A stretch of 45,226 nt of DNA from NCBI GenBank assembly GCA_041641515.1, contig JBEPYG010000002.1:1-45226 (forward strand), in the 5' to 3' direction. Positions 27,117 to 36,936 of this stretch are shown one piece after another. Source of the DNA: Roseiflexus sp. Its GTDB lineage: Bacteria > Chloroflexota > Chloroflexia > Chloroflexales > Roseiflexaceae. Positions within the stretch are counted from its first letter, which is position 1. Every line of letters begins with the position of its first letter. The notes below the pieces were generated by a model. It did no database searches and was not told where the DNA came from. It was given only the letters and a program-made list of their open reading frames with translations. The translations under genes were made by a program, and so were the position numbers.

Positions 27117-28625
27117 TTAGATGCCCAGGTGTTGTTCACATGTGGCGCGCAGCCAGCCGACTTCGACGCCTTCGATGAGATCTTCAGCACGGTACGCCGC
27201 CAGTTTGTTCAGCGCACTGCGAAACTCGCGCATCGCCTGTTCCGATTTGCCCGCCTGACGGTACGCCAGCGCCAAATGGTAGGAAACCAGCGCAGCGTCG
27301 GGGTTGAGATAGCGCGCTCGTTCGAGCGCCTGGATCGCATCGTGCCACTGTCCCTGACGCGCATAGATTGTTCCGATGAGCAGATAGGCATCGCTGCGCA
27401 ATGCATCAATCTCGAGCGCACGGCGCGCCTCGGCGATTGCCAGATCGAGTTCGCCACGATCGGCGTGCACGCGCGCCACCAGCACCAGTGCGCGCGGCGC
27501 CAGCAACGAGTTGGGTCGAATGCTGCGCAGCAGATCCATCGCTTCGTCAATTCTGCCGGCATCGATCAAGGCTTGCGCCTGTTCAACACGACCGGCATCT
27601 TCATCACCGACACGCGGGTCGGTCGCAGCGACGGGCGATCGCTGTTTTGGCGCAGGGTTGGGTGGCGCAGCAACGACCGATAGCGAACGTCGTCGAGGCT
27701 CTTCAGATGGCGATAATCGGCGCGGTGTGGCGCGATGCTGAACCGATCGGTCAGGCAGATTGACCTTCTGATAAACATACGCACCTGACACTTCGCGTGA
27801 GCGAAACCCATCGAACACGTTCCAGAGCGTTTCGGAAAATCCCAGGAAGAGCAGCCCGTGAGCTGGCAGGCAACGGTGAAACCGTTCTATCAATGCTCGT
27901 CGTGTCTCTGGACGAAAATAGATTGTGACATTCTGGCAGAAAATCGCATCGACATTGTATGCAGTCGGTGGAAACGCCTCGAGCAGATTCAGTTGCTCGA
28001 AACGCACCAGCGCCCGCACGGCGTCCGAGACGAGAAACCCGTCGCCCCGCCGGACAAAGTAGCGGTTGAGCAGCGTCGGCGTCACATTGTTGAGTGAGCG
28101 GCCCCGATAGAAGCCGGCACGCGCCTTTTCGAGCGCCAGTTCGCTCAGATCGGTCGCCCAGATTTCGACCGGACGTACAATCGCCAGACCGAATGTCTCC
28201 AGCACGGTAATCGCCAGCGAATACGCTTCTTCGCCGGTTGCGCACCCGGCGCTCCACAGGCGGATCGGTTCACCGGGAGGCTTGCGGCGGTGCAGTTCAA
28301 AGAGCAATGTCTCGCGCAGCGCGCGCATCTGCGGCGCATTGCGGAAGAAAAAAGTCTCGTGGTTTACCACCATCTCCGCCAGACGGTGGAGTTCGTTGCG
28401 ACCGGCTGGCGTGCTGATGCGCTGTTCGTATGCTTCGAGCGTTTCGCTGAGCGCTGCCATCCGCTGCGCCAGACCAGCTTCCAGCACCCGCTGCTGCGCC
28501 GTGTCCAGGTAGACGCCGCTGTAATCCGCCAGCAGGACGCGCAACCGGTCGAACGCCTCCGGCGAGAGACGAACAGGCGGAGGAACGAACAGATCATGCA
28601 CCATACCCGTATCACTCGTTTGCAT
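27117..28625 (-). CDS. cheR: CheR methyltransferase with C-terminal TPRs (WspC-like)
   Basis: HETFFFRN, WSAGCATGEEAYS, ATDLS, IFCQNVTIYF, GFSE, TPR tail. Confidence 0.92.
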   Translation of the reverse strand: MQTSDTGMVHDLFVPPPVRLSPEAFDRLRVLLADYSGVYLDTAQQRVLEAGLAQRMAALSETLEAYEQRISTPAGRNELHRLAEMVVNHETFFFRNAPQMRALRETLLFELHRRKPPGEPIRLWSAGCATGEEAYSLAITVLETFGLAIVRPVEIWATDLSELALEKARAGFYRGRSLNNVTPTLLNRYFVRRGDGFLVSDAVRALVRFEQLNLLEAFPPTAYNVDAIFCQNVTIYFRPETRRALIERFHRCLPAHGLLFLGFSETLWNVFDGFRSREVSGAYVYQKVNLPDRSVQHRATPRRLSPSEEPRRRSLSVVAAPPNPAPKQRSPVAATDPRVGDEDAGRVEQAQALIDAGRIDEAMDLLRSIRPNSLLAPRALVLVARVHADRGELDLAIAEARRALEIDALRSDAYLLIGTIYARQGQWHDAIQALERARYLNPDAALVSYHLALAYRQAGKSEQAMREFRSALNKLAAYRAEDLIEGVEVGWLRATCEQHLGI

Positions 28626-28658
28626 TCAGCAGGCCGTTTATCTGCAATCTTCTCGCTT

Positions 28659-29798
28659 TCAACCCGCAACCAATCCGGCCACGACTTCTACCAGCCGCGG
28701 TGCAATAGCTTCTGGCGGCAGCACTTCGCGCACGACACCCAGCTGAATGGCTGCGCGCGGCATCCCAAAGATGGCACAACTTGCCTCGTCCTGGGCGATC
28801 GTATATGCCTGACGACGGTAGAGCGCTCGCATCCCATAGGCGCCATCACGTCCCATACCGGTCAGCAGCACGCCGACTGCGCGCGAGCCGTACACATCGG
28901 CGACTGCCTGCATCGTAATATCGATCGATGGTCGCTGAATCAGGAGCGGCGCATCACTCAGATGAATTGTGCCGTGGCGTGTCACCAGCAGACTGCGTTG
29001 ATCGGGAGCAATCAACACTTCGCCAGCGCGAATAGGCGATCCTTCGTGTGCCAGGTGCACCGGCAGCGTACCGATGCTTGCCAGCCATTCCGCCATTCCT
29101 TCGCTAAACCCTTCTGCAATGTGCTGGACAACCAGTACGGCGGCAGGAAAGGCGCGCGGAAGACCGGCAATGATCTGGCGGATGACACGCGGACCGCCCG
29201 TACTTGCGCCTATGACGACGATCGGGCTGAGCAGGGCAGCAGATGCGCTGCTGATCGGCGAAACGATCGGCGTGTCGGTCGAGGGAGCTGCTTGTGTGTC
29301 CGACGCGGGCGCCTGATGAGCCTGGAATGCCGGTTGTAATGCGCTATCGTTGCCGGACGCGCGACGCCGACCACGCAGATGAGTGACCACCTTGACGCGC
29401 GACAGAATCTTGACACGCCGCACCAGATCGCGTGCGGCATGCTCGATCGTCTGCGCGTTGTCGCCCCGTGGCTTCTCAATCACTTCGAGCGCACCGGCGC
29501 CGAGCATCTTGAAGGTGATATCCACCTCATAACTGGCGAGCGATGCAGTCAGCACCAGAATTGGCGTCGGACAATACGCCATCAGATGCTCTGTCGTCGC
29601 CAGCCCATCCATCACCGGCATGCGCACATCCATCGTCACGACATCGGGGCGCAGCCGCTGCACCACCTCGATCGCCTCACGCCCGTTCGATGCAACGCCG
29701 ACAACCTGGATGGACGGGTCACGCTGAAGCATATCGGTAATGAAACGTCGCATCAGAGCTGAGTCGTCCACCACAACAACACGGATGGGCCTGGTCAT
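28659..29798 (-). CDS. cheB: REC-CheB methylesterase
   Basis: VVDDS..MDVRMP receiver; GASTGGP, VQHI, LTGMGRDGA triad. Confidence 0.95.
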   Translation of the reverse strand: MTRPIRVVVVDDSALMRRFITDMLQRDPSIQVVGVASNGREAIEVVQRLRPDVVTMDVRMPVMDGLATTEHLMAYCPTPILVLTASLASYEVDITFKMLGAGALEVIEKPRGDNAQTIEHAARDLVRRVKILSRVKVVTHLRGRRRASGNDSALQPAFQAHQAPASDTQAAPSTDTPIVSPISSASAALLSPIVVIGASTGGPRVIRQIIAGLPRAFPAAVLVVQHIAEGFSEGMAEWLASIGTLPVHLAHEGSPIRAGEVLIAPDQRSLLVTRHGTIHLSDAPLLIQRPSIDITMQAVADVYGSRAVGVLLTGMGRDGAYGMRALYRRQAYTIAQDEASCAIFGMPRAAIQLGVVREVLPPEAIAPRLVEVVAGLVAG

Positions 29799-29963
29799 GC
29801 ATTAACTCATTTCGGTTCAGTGCGAACGACTGACGATAGCAGGATTTTCGTTCATACCAACACGCCGCCGAATCTTCCCGGCGGCGCATTACCTGAACCC
29901 AGGATAGACGTTTGACGAGCATTGTGCACATAATGCCCGCCAGAAGTCCGGCGATTGCTCGTA

Positions 29964-30326
29964 CTACTCCATTTCCAGGATCATCTTGACCCGGTTTGGA
30001 AGGTTAAGCAGATCGACATCCTTGTTGAGATAGTCATCGACGCCTGCCTCAAATGCGGCATGCTTGTCGTCACTTGAGGTCAACATAATAATGCGTAAAT
30101 CATCGAGCGCCGGGTTGTCACGCAGCCGGCGACAGACTTCATACCCGTCGATCCCCGGCATGTGCACATCGAGCACCAGCAGGTCGGGCACTTCTTCTTC
30201 GATGGCTCTGAGCGCCTCTTCGCCGCTGTGCGCCAGGCGCACCTCGTAACCGTACATGCCAAGTCGCATCTTGACAATATCGGTCACCAGTTTGCTGTCG
30301 TCGACCACCAGAATCTTTTCCGCCAT
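29964..30326 (-). CDS. Single-domain response regulator
   Basis: ILVVDDS..LDVHMPGIDG..MLTS..DYLNK; start at MAEK. Confidence 0.9.
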   Translation of the reverse strand: MAEKILVVDDSKLVTDIVKMRLGMYGYEVRLAHSGEEALRAIEEEVPDLLVLDVHMPGIDGYEVCRRLRDNPALDDLRIIMLTSSDDKHAAFEAGVDDYLNKDVDLLNLPNRVKMILEME

Positions 30327-30397
30327 AGTACGCCTCGTGTCCTTTCGCGTCGCAACCGGTCTATCGGACCCGAGCAACGATAGAAGACATAGGATGA

Positions 30398-32629
30398 TCA
30401 CATACCGATCAACTGCCGAATTGTCTCCAGCAGGTTGTTCTGATTGAACTGACTTTTGACGATATACGCCTGCGCACCGACTTCCAGTCCGCGTCGGCGA
30501 TGCGTCTCCGATGCCAGACTAGTGACGATGATGACCGGCAGATCGGTTTTGCCCAGCTCACTGCGGATGCGGCTGGTCAGGGTAAAACCGTCTACCCGCG
30601 GCATTTCGACGTCGCTGACGACGAGATCGTAAGGTTCGGCGCGAAGCCTGTCAAGCGCATCGAGTCCGTCAACAGCGGTCGCCACCTCGTATCCGGCAGT
30701 GCTCAGGATGCTACGGATCAACTCGCGGGTGGCGAATGAGTCGTCCACCACGAGCAGGCGTGCGCGGCGCCGCTGGTTCTGTTCCGGCGCATGGGCAACG
30801 AGCGCCGTACCGCGTCCCAGCTGAGTCAGGAACATCGGATTGAGCAGGAGCGCCAGTCGTCCATCGCCGAGTTGTAACGCACCGCTGTAACGGCGCTGTT
30901 TTTCCAGGAGTGGTCCAAGTGGTTTGATTACCGCTTCACGCTCATCGACCATGCGGTCGATCAGCAGCGCCATCGGACGACGCGCACCGCCGATCAAGAG
31001 TGCCGGCACACGCGCGGCGCTGGCGAATGGATGCCCGTTCGCAATGCCGAGCAGTTCATCAAGCCGCAGGAGCGGCGTCAATATCTGGTTGTGCTGAAAA
31101 ACTGCGCGACCTTCGACAGTGCGAATCTGATTGCGGCGCACCCAGACCGTTCCCTGGCAGCCGGATGCCGGGAAGCCGAATAACTGACCGCCGGTTTCGA
31201 CGAGCAATACCCGCGTAGTGACCAGCGTCAGCGGTAGGGAGAGCATAATGGTCGTCCCGACGCCAGGCTGCGACTCGATCTGCACCTCACCGCCAATCTC
31301 AGCAAGGTTGGTGCGCACCACATCCATGCCAACGCCCCGTCCCGACACATCGGTGATGATCTTTGCCGTCGTAAAACCCGGCATAAAGATCAATTCCAGC
31401 GCTTCCTGATCTGAAAGCGCTGCTGCAGCATCGACGCTGATCAGACCTTTGCGCACTGCCGCTTCGCGCAGATGCTGCGGATCCATGCCGCGTCCATCGT
31501 CGTGCACGCTGATCAACACCCGACCGCCGTGCGCCTGTGCTGCGATGTCGATCATTCCCTGACGCGGCTTCCCCAGGCGCTCGCGTTCCTCTGCGGGCTC
31601 AATGCCGTGATCGAGCGCATTTCGAATCAAGTGCACCATTGGATCGGCAAGCGCCTCGATGACCTTCCGATCCAGTTCGGTCGTTTCACCCGTCAACCGC
31701 AGCGACGCTTCCTTGCCGAGGTCGCGCGCCAGTTCGCGCACCGCGCGTGGAAGGTTGGCGTAGAGGGTCGCCACCGGCGTCAGGCGGATCGCCATGACCT
31801 CTTGCTCGAGGTCGTCGATCAACTGCGCTTTGTGTGTGGTATGCTGCCCGATGCGCTCGAGTTGCAGCCGGACGATGGAGTCGGCGCGTTCGCCTGCGTT
31901 CAGCGCGCCGTTCATTTCGCGGTCGAACGTTTCGCGCTGGGTCGGCGTGAGACGAACGCGCCGCAGCTCGGATTCGAGCGTCAGCAACGATCGCTGCTGG
32001 CGTTCGAGCAACCCTTTCAACTCTTCCAGCGCGTGAAGGTGCATCTCTTCGATCTGCCTGCCGATCGATAATTCACCCGCCAGGTTCAGTAACCGATCCA
32101 GCCGATCAACCCGCACCCGTACCGTCTGACGTGTGCGTTCACGTCCGCCCTTGGGTACGGGTTGCGATGCGCCTTCGTCAACCGACGGTGGTTGCGGCTC
32201 GATCGGAGTTAGCGTCGGCGTGTCGGTCGCGGGGTCAGGCTGCGGCACTCCTCGTCCAAGACGGCTCGTCAGCGTCTCGACATCGATCGACGACGGTTTC
32301 CCTTCGATGGTAGCAGCCAGCAATTCCAGGATCGCGTCGCTCCCCTTCAGCAATTCATCGGTCAGAAAGCGATCGAGCGTGCGCTGGCCATCGCGCACAG
32401 CTGCCAGAATATGTTCGCAGGTGTGCGCAATTTTGCCAATCGCCTCGAAACCGAGCATGCGCGCCGACCCTTTGATGGTGTGCATGGCGCGAAAGATGGC
32501 GTCGATCCGCTCACGGCGCGCCTCGCCTTCGAGACCGTTGCCCTCGAGCTCCACGAGGCCTTCAGTGACGATACGGATGTTCTCCGCCGTTTCATCGCGA
32601 AATTGACTGTAGAACGACGCCAGATCCAT
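30398..32629 (-). CDS. cheA: Hybrid CheA (HPT-dimer-HATPase-CheW-REC; WspE-like)
   Basis: FRAMHTIKGSA, HLIRNALDHGIE, DDGRG, SGRGVGMDVV, C-terminal SDVEMP receiver. Confidence 0.95.
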   Translation of the reverse strand: MDLASFYSQFRDETAENIRIVTEGLVELEGNGLEGEARRERIDAIFRAMHTIKGSARMLGFEAIGKIAHTCEHILAAVRDGQRTLDRFLTDELLKGSDAILELLAATIEGKPSSIDVETLTSRLGRGVPQPDPATDTPTLTPIEPQPPSVDEGASQPVPKGGRERTRQTVRVRVDRLDRLLNLAGELSIGRQIEEMHLHALEELKGLLERQQRSLLTLESELRRVRLTPTQRETFDREMNGALNAGERADSIVRLQLERIGQHTTHKAQLIDDLEQEVMAIRLTPVATLYANLPRAVRELARDLGKEASLRLTGETTELDRKVIEALADPMVHLIRNALDHGIEPAEERERLGKPRQGMIDIAAQAHGGRVLISVHDDGRGMDPQHLREAAVRKGLISVDAAAALSDQEALELIFMPGFTTAKIITDVSGRGVGMDVVRTNLAEIGGEVQIESQPGVGTTIMLSLPLTLVTTRVLLVETGGQLFGFPASGCQGTVWVRRNQIRTVEGRAVFQHNQILTPLLRLDELLGIANGHPFASAARVPALLIGGARRPMALLIDRMVDEREAVIKPLGPLLEKQRRYSGALQLGDGRLALLLNPMFLTQLGRGTALVAHAPEQNQRRRARLLVVDDSFATRELIRSILSTAGYEVATAVDGLDALDRLRAEPYDLVVSDVEMPRVDGFTLTSRIRSELGKTDLPVIIVTSLASETHRRRGLEVGAQAYIVKSQFNQNNLLETIRQLIGM

Positions 32630-32837
32630 ACACGTTCGGTCTTCTTGTCGTCACGCAACGAGCCGTTGTGATAGCTATCTGAACTGGTGCATCATAACGG
32701 CTCTTTGTGTGCACCTTCAATCTGTAATCGTTGGATGCTCCACGTTCAATGCGCCCCATCCAGCGCATCTGGGTGCATCTGCAATACGCACCGTCTCTCC
32801 TGCTGAGCCGACGTTGCGCCGCACCCCTCTCGCTGTG

Positions 32838-34343
32838 TCAGCGCACCCGCGCGTTGTCCTCCTGGGAGAGACCATGCAGCCGGTTGGCGATAGCGGTCAG
32901 ACGTTGTGCGGCGTCCTGCACCTGACGTGCGCCTGCCGCTGTGCGACGCGCCACATCAGCGATCTCGCGCATGGTCTCCACCACCTGTTCGCTGGCGCTC
33001 TGCTGCTGTGCGGTCGCTAGGTTGATTTCGGCGCTGCTCTGCGCCGTGCGCTCCGCAACCATCACGATCGCGTCCATCACCTGACCGGCGCTATGGGCAA
33101 GTTCGACGCCGGCGGCGACTTCCTTGCCGCCTTCTTCGGCGGCCAGCACGGCGGCATTGGTCGCCTGTTGAATTTCGGCGATGACGCCTTTGACCTCTTT
33201 CGCGGCGACCAGCGCGCGGTTGGCCAGACTTTTGACCTCAGCCGCCACAACCGCAAACCGACGACCGTGTTCACCAGCGCCGGCCGCTTCGATAGCAGCA
33301 TTGAGCGCCAGCAAGTGCGTTTCATCGGAGAGGTCGTTGATCAGGTCGATGATTTCGCCAATCTGCTGTGACCGTTCGCCAAGATTCAACACGCGCGCCG
33401 AGACGTCCTGCATACGACTGCGAATGCGGTCCATCGCCTGAATGCTCTTATCGACAGCTTCCTGCCCTTCGCTGAGGTTCTCGAGCGTTTGCCGCGCCGC
33501 TTCCGCCACCTGTTCGGCAGCAATGGCGATCTGGCGCGCAGTCGAACCCAATTCCTCGATAGTGGTGCTAACCTGCGACACAGCGCTCGCCTGTTCGGAT
33601 GCGCCACTGGCCTGCTCATGCGAGGCGCGTAGCAACTCGCCGGCGGCTGCAGAAAGCTCGCTCCCCAATTCGACCTGCTGAATATTTTTCTCGATCAGCC
33701 GCTGGTTGGTTTCGTACAACTCCTCCGACTGCACCCGGGTCTGCTCGAGGAAGCGCAGCGTGCTGGTAGACCAGAGTGACGCGACATATGTCAGTAAACC
33801 GCCGACGCTGGTGAAGAAGATGACGAATGCCACGGTACGCGGCAATCCCGGCAGATTGTTCTGCGGTTGGAGGATGCCGGCGGTTTCAGCAAAGGCGAGC
33901 GTGATATACGACACGAGCGCCACGCCGAAGAGACGCGGACTTTCGGCAGCGCGCCCGAACAGCCCGGCAACCACGATTGGAAACAGAAACGCTATGCCGG
34001 CGGGACCTGTAACGCCGCCTGCCAGATAAATCACGCCAACAACATAGATGAGCGAACCGTACAGAAAAATATTCGATGCCGTTGTATGCCTGCCCGAGCG
34101 CAATGCGCCGAGCGTGCCGCCGACAATCACTGCTACCATTCCAATGATCCCGAAGGCGGCGCCGATAACCTGTTGCGGCATAATGCCGATCACTGCCAGG
34201 ATAATGATCAGCACGCATCCGAGCCCGGCAACGCCACCGAAGACCATCGTCAGGTGCGTCAGCACTCTGGCGCGGTCTGCGTCCTGGCTTTGCGGATTGG
34301 TAATGACACTGGCAAACATCTGACGATTCGAGACCTGTTCCAT
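32838..34343 (-). CDS. Methyl-accepting chemoreceptor with multi-TM input domain
   Basis: About six hydrophobic helices, then THLLALNAAIEAAGAGEHGRRFAVVAAEVKSLA. Confidence 0.93.
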   Translation of the reverse strand: MEQVSNRQMFASVITNPQSQDADRARVLTHLTMVFGGVAGLGCVLIIILAVIGIMPQQVIGAAFGIIGMVAVIVGGTLGALRSGRHTTASNIFLYGSLIYVVGVIYLAGGVTGPAGIAFLFPIVVAGLFGRAAESPRLFGVALVSYITLAFAETAGILQPQNNLPGLPRTVAFVIFFTSVGGLLTYVASLWSTSTLRFLEQTRVQSEELYETNQRLIEKNIQQVELGSELSAAAGELLRASHEQASGASEQASAVSQVSTTIEELGSTARQIAIAAEQVAEAARQTLENLSEGQEAVDKSIQAMDRIRSRMQDVSARVLNLGERSQQIGEIIDLINDLSDETHLLALNAAIEAAGAGEHGRRFAVVAAEVKSLANRALVAAKEVKGVIAEIQQATNAAVLAAEEGGKEVAAGVELAHSAGQVMDAIVMVAERTAQSSAEINLATAQQQSASEQVVETMREIADVARRTAAGARQVQDAAQRLTAIANRLHGLSQEDNARVR

Positions 34344-34350
34344 ACGACGC

Positions 34351-34770
34351 TCACTTCTGCTCTGTATCGCGTGTTCTTCTCAACAGGATACTGCGTGCAA
34401 TCGCTCGTACATCGAGTTGTACGACGGGATGATCATCCATTAAAAGAACCCCGGTTGCCCATGGTTCGTGCAGACGTTGGTGCAACAATGGCGGCAACGG
34501 TTGAACAGCCGCATGATCGACCAGGTTATCCACTGCATCGACGAGCAGGGCAATGGTGCGTCGCCGCAGAGGAACGATCAAAGCGTGTCGCCGTTGTATC
34601 TCGCTGACATCCTCCGGGTCGAGCAGCGCTCCCAGTTCCACCATGATGACAGACTGGTCTTCGTCTGTTTCCTGACCATTGCCGGTGCGCCGGTGAATGG
34701 CGCGGAGAGTCGCGACGTCTTCGCGCCGTACCACATAACGATGCCGTGTTGTGCGAATGATAAGTAACAT
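34351..34770 (-). CDS. Divergent CheW-like adaptor
   Basis: IALLVDAV..LPPLL..ATGV..PVVQLDV; start at MLLII. Confidence 0.7.
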   Translation of the reverse strand: MLLIIRTTRHRYVVRREDVATLRAIHRRTGNGQETDEDQSVIMVELGALLDPEDVSEIQRRHALIVPLRRRTIALLVDAVDNLVDHAAVQPLPPLLHQRLHEPWATGVLLMDDHPVVQLDVRAIARSILLRRTRDTEQK

Positions 34771-34886
34771 AATAGAAAATAGGAAATAGCAAACTGCAGA
34801 CTGAAAAATCAAAAATCTAGAACCAGGAACCGAACATCAAAGAACCGAAAACCAGGAACCACGAACCAAAAATCAAGAAATCCAAA
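34771..34886. repeat. A-rich degenerate heptamer tract
   Basis: GAAAATA GGAAATA GCAAACT .. AAAAATC TAGAACC AGGAACC GAACATC .. GAAAACC AGGAACC ACGAACC. Confidence 0.75.
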
Positions 34887-34892
34887 GTCCTC

Positions 34893-35357
34893 CTACGCCT
34901 CTCGCAGTGCTGCAACAATCTCCCCGACATCAAGCATCGCGACTGTCTGGTCATCGTAGAAGGCGACGGCGCGGAGAAACCGGGCGCGTGCCGGGTCGAG
35001 ACCGGCTGGCAGCTGTCCGAAGGCGTCGGGCGGCAACGCTGTCAGATCGATCACAGCATCGACCAGCAGCGCCATGTCGATATCCTCGTACACGACGGTC
35101 ACCAGACGTGTCGAGCGGGTGGTCTCGACGGTTGGCATCCCCAGCACGAGACGAAGGTCTACAACCGGCAGAATAACGCCACGCTGACTGATAATGCCGG
35201 GAATGAGCGGCGGAGCGCCAGGAACGGGGGTGAATGCCCGGTATCGCCCGACTTCGCGCACGTAGACCGATGGCAACGCATAGATCTCATCAGCAAGACG
35301 GATCAGCAATACAGTCTGGTCAGATTGTCCGGTAACATCGGATGGTGCGCCGGTCAT
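34893..35357 (-). CDS. cheW: CheW adaptor
   Basis: YALPSVYVREV, TPVPGAP..GIISQRGVILPVVDL, LLVDAV. Confidence 0.92.
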   Translation of the reverse strand: MTGAPSDVTGQSDQTVLLIRLADEIYALPSVYVREVGRYRAFTPVPGAPPLIPGIISQRGVILPVVDLRLVLGMPTVETTRSTRLVTVVYEDIDMALLVDAVIDLTALPPDAFGQLPAGLDPARARFLRAVAFYDDQTVAMLDVGEIVAALREA

Positions 35358-35399
35358 AGCAAGGATCGCAAAGGAATGACGATTTATTCACCTTGCGAA

Positions 35400-35429
35400 A
35401 GCATACTACGGAAGATCGGCGAAGGTCAA
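35400..35429 (-). promoter_or_regulatory. Candidate promoter TTGACC-N18-TATGCT for the chemosensory operon
   Basis: Hexamers at 35429-35424 and 35405-35400. Confidence 0.4.
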
Positions 35430-35494
35430 GCGCCCGACAGTACCGGAAGTTGATCGGTTTGCGCACTATTTTGTAAGAGCTGCTGATCGCCGCC

Positions 35495-36850
35495 TCACAC
35501 CATCCGCGCCAGGCGGTCAGCCAGCCCGATGTAGGTTTCCGGCGTCAGGGCGCGCAGTTCGTTCTTTATTTCCGGCGCAACGTCGAGTTCTTCGATGAAT
35601 GTGTGCAGCATCGCAACTGTCAGCGCCTGCCCGCGCGTCAGGCGCTTGAGCGCCTCGTATGGCTCCGGGTAACCGACGCGGCGCAAAATCGTTTGCACCG
35701 CCTCCGCCAGCACCTCCGGGTGACGGCGCAGGTCGTCCAGCAGACGCTCCCGATCCACAGCGATCTTGCCCAATCCCTTGCTAACGCGCCGATAACCGAG
35801 CAGACAGTGCCCGAACGCCACGCCAAGGTTCCGCAACACCGTACTGTCGGTCAGGTCGCGTTGCAGGCGCGAGACCGGCAACTTGCGGCTGAAGTGCTCC
35901 AGCAGTGCGTTTGCCAGCCCCAGGTTGCCTTCGGCGTTCTCGAAATCGATAGGATTGACCTTGTGCGGCATGGTGGACGAACCGACTTCGTCGGGACGTG
36001 CGATCTGCACCAGGTAGCCGTCGCTGATGTAGCGCCACATATCCTGGCAGAGATCGATCAGGATCGTGTTGATCCGTCGCAATGCGTCGCACAGTTCGGC
36101 AAGGGTGTCGTGCGGCTCGATCTGAGTGGTCAACAGCACAGGCTCCAGGTCAAGGAACCGGATGAACCCGCGACTGAACGCGATCCAGTCCACCTGCGGC
36201 AATGCTGCGACGTGCGCTGCGAATGTGCCGGTTGCTCCGTTCAGTTTGCCGGTGATCCGGATGCCGGACGCCTGTTCGTGTGCACGCTGGAGACGCGCAG
36301 CAAACACTGCCATCTCCTTGCCGAAGGTTGTCGGCGTGGCGGGTTGACCATGAGTGCGCGCCAGCATCGGCGTCTCGGCTTCCGCAAACGCCAGGTCGCG
36401 TACCGTCGCAATAATCTCGCCAACCGCAGGCATGAGCGTCAGATCGCGCGCCTCACGGGTCATCAGGGCATACGCCAGATTGTTGACATCTTCCGATGTC
36501 AGTGCAAAATGCACCGCTTCCTTCCACGCACCGAGATCAAGCGCATCGAGCCGCTCGCGCAGCCAGTATTCGACCGCCTTGACATCGTGGTTGACCTTGC
36601 GATCCCACGCGGCAATCGCTTCGGCATCGGTAGCCGAGAATGAGCGGTAGAGATCGCGCAATGCCGCTGCGGCGCGCGGATCGAGTTTCGGCGCGAGATT
36701 GGCGTCCCGTGCGCGCGTCAGAAACAGCAGATACTCAACCTCGACACGCACCCGATAGCGGAACAACGCCGCTTCGCTGAAATATGCTTCAAGATCGGCG
36801 ACATCGGCGCGGTAACGTCCGTCGAGCGGCGAAAGCGCAGTTAGCGACAT
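35495..36850 (-). CDS. purB: Adenylosuccinate lyase
   Basis: ALSPLDGRY, NHDVKAVEY, RTHGQPATP, GSSTMPHKVNPIDFEN. Confidence 0.97.
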   Translation of the reverse strand: MSLTALSPLDGRYRADVADLEAYFSEAALFRYRVRVEVEYLLFLTRARDANLAPKLDPRAAAALRDLYRSFSATDAEAIAAWDRKVNHDVKAVEYWLRERLDALDLGAWKEAVHFALTSEDVNNLAYALMTREARDLTLMPAVGEIIATVRDLAFAEAETPMLARTHGQPATPTTFGKEMAVFAARLQRAHEQASGIRITGKLNGATGTFAAHVAALPQVDWIAFSRGFIRFLDLEPVLLTTQIEPHDTLAELCDALRRINTILIDLCQDMWRYISDGYLVQIARPDEVGSSTMPHKVNPIDFENAEGNLGLANALLEHFSRKLPVSRLQRDLTDSTVLRNLGVAFGHCLLGYRRVSKGLGKIAVDRERLLDDLRRHPEVLAEAVQTILRRVGYPEPYEALKRLTRGQALTVAMLHTFIEELDVAPEIKNELRALTPETYIGLADRLARMV

Positions 36851-36936
36851 CTCTCGTCTCCTTCGGTAGTGATTTGTGGGTGACGCGCCCTTCTTATCAT
36901 ACTCGAAACGCAGCGTCTCGATCAGAAAGGGGCGCC

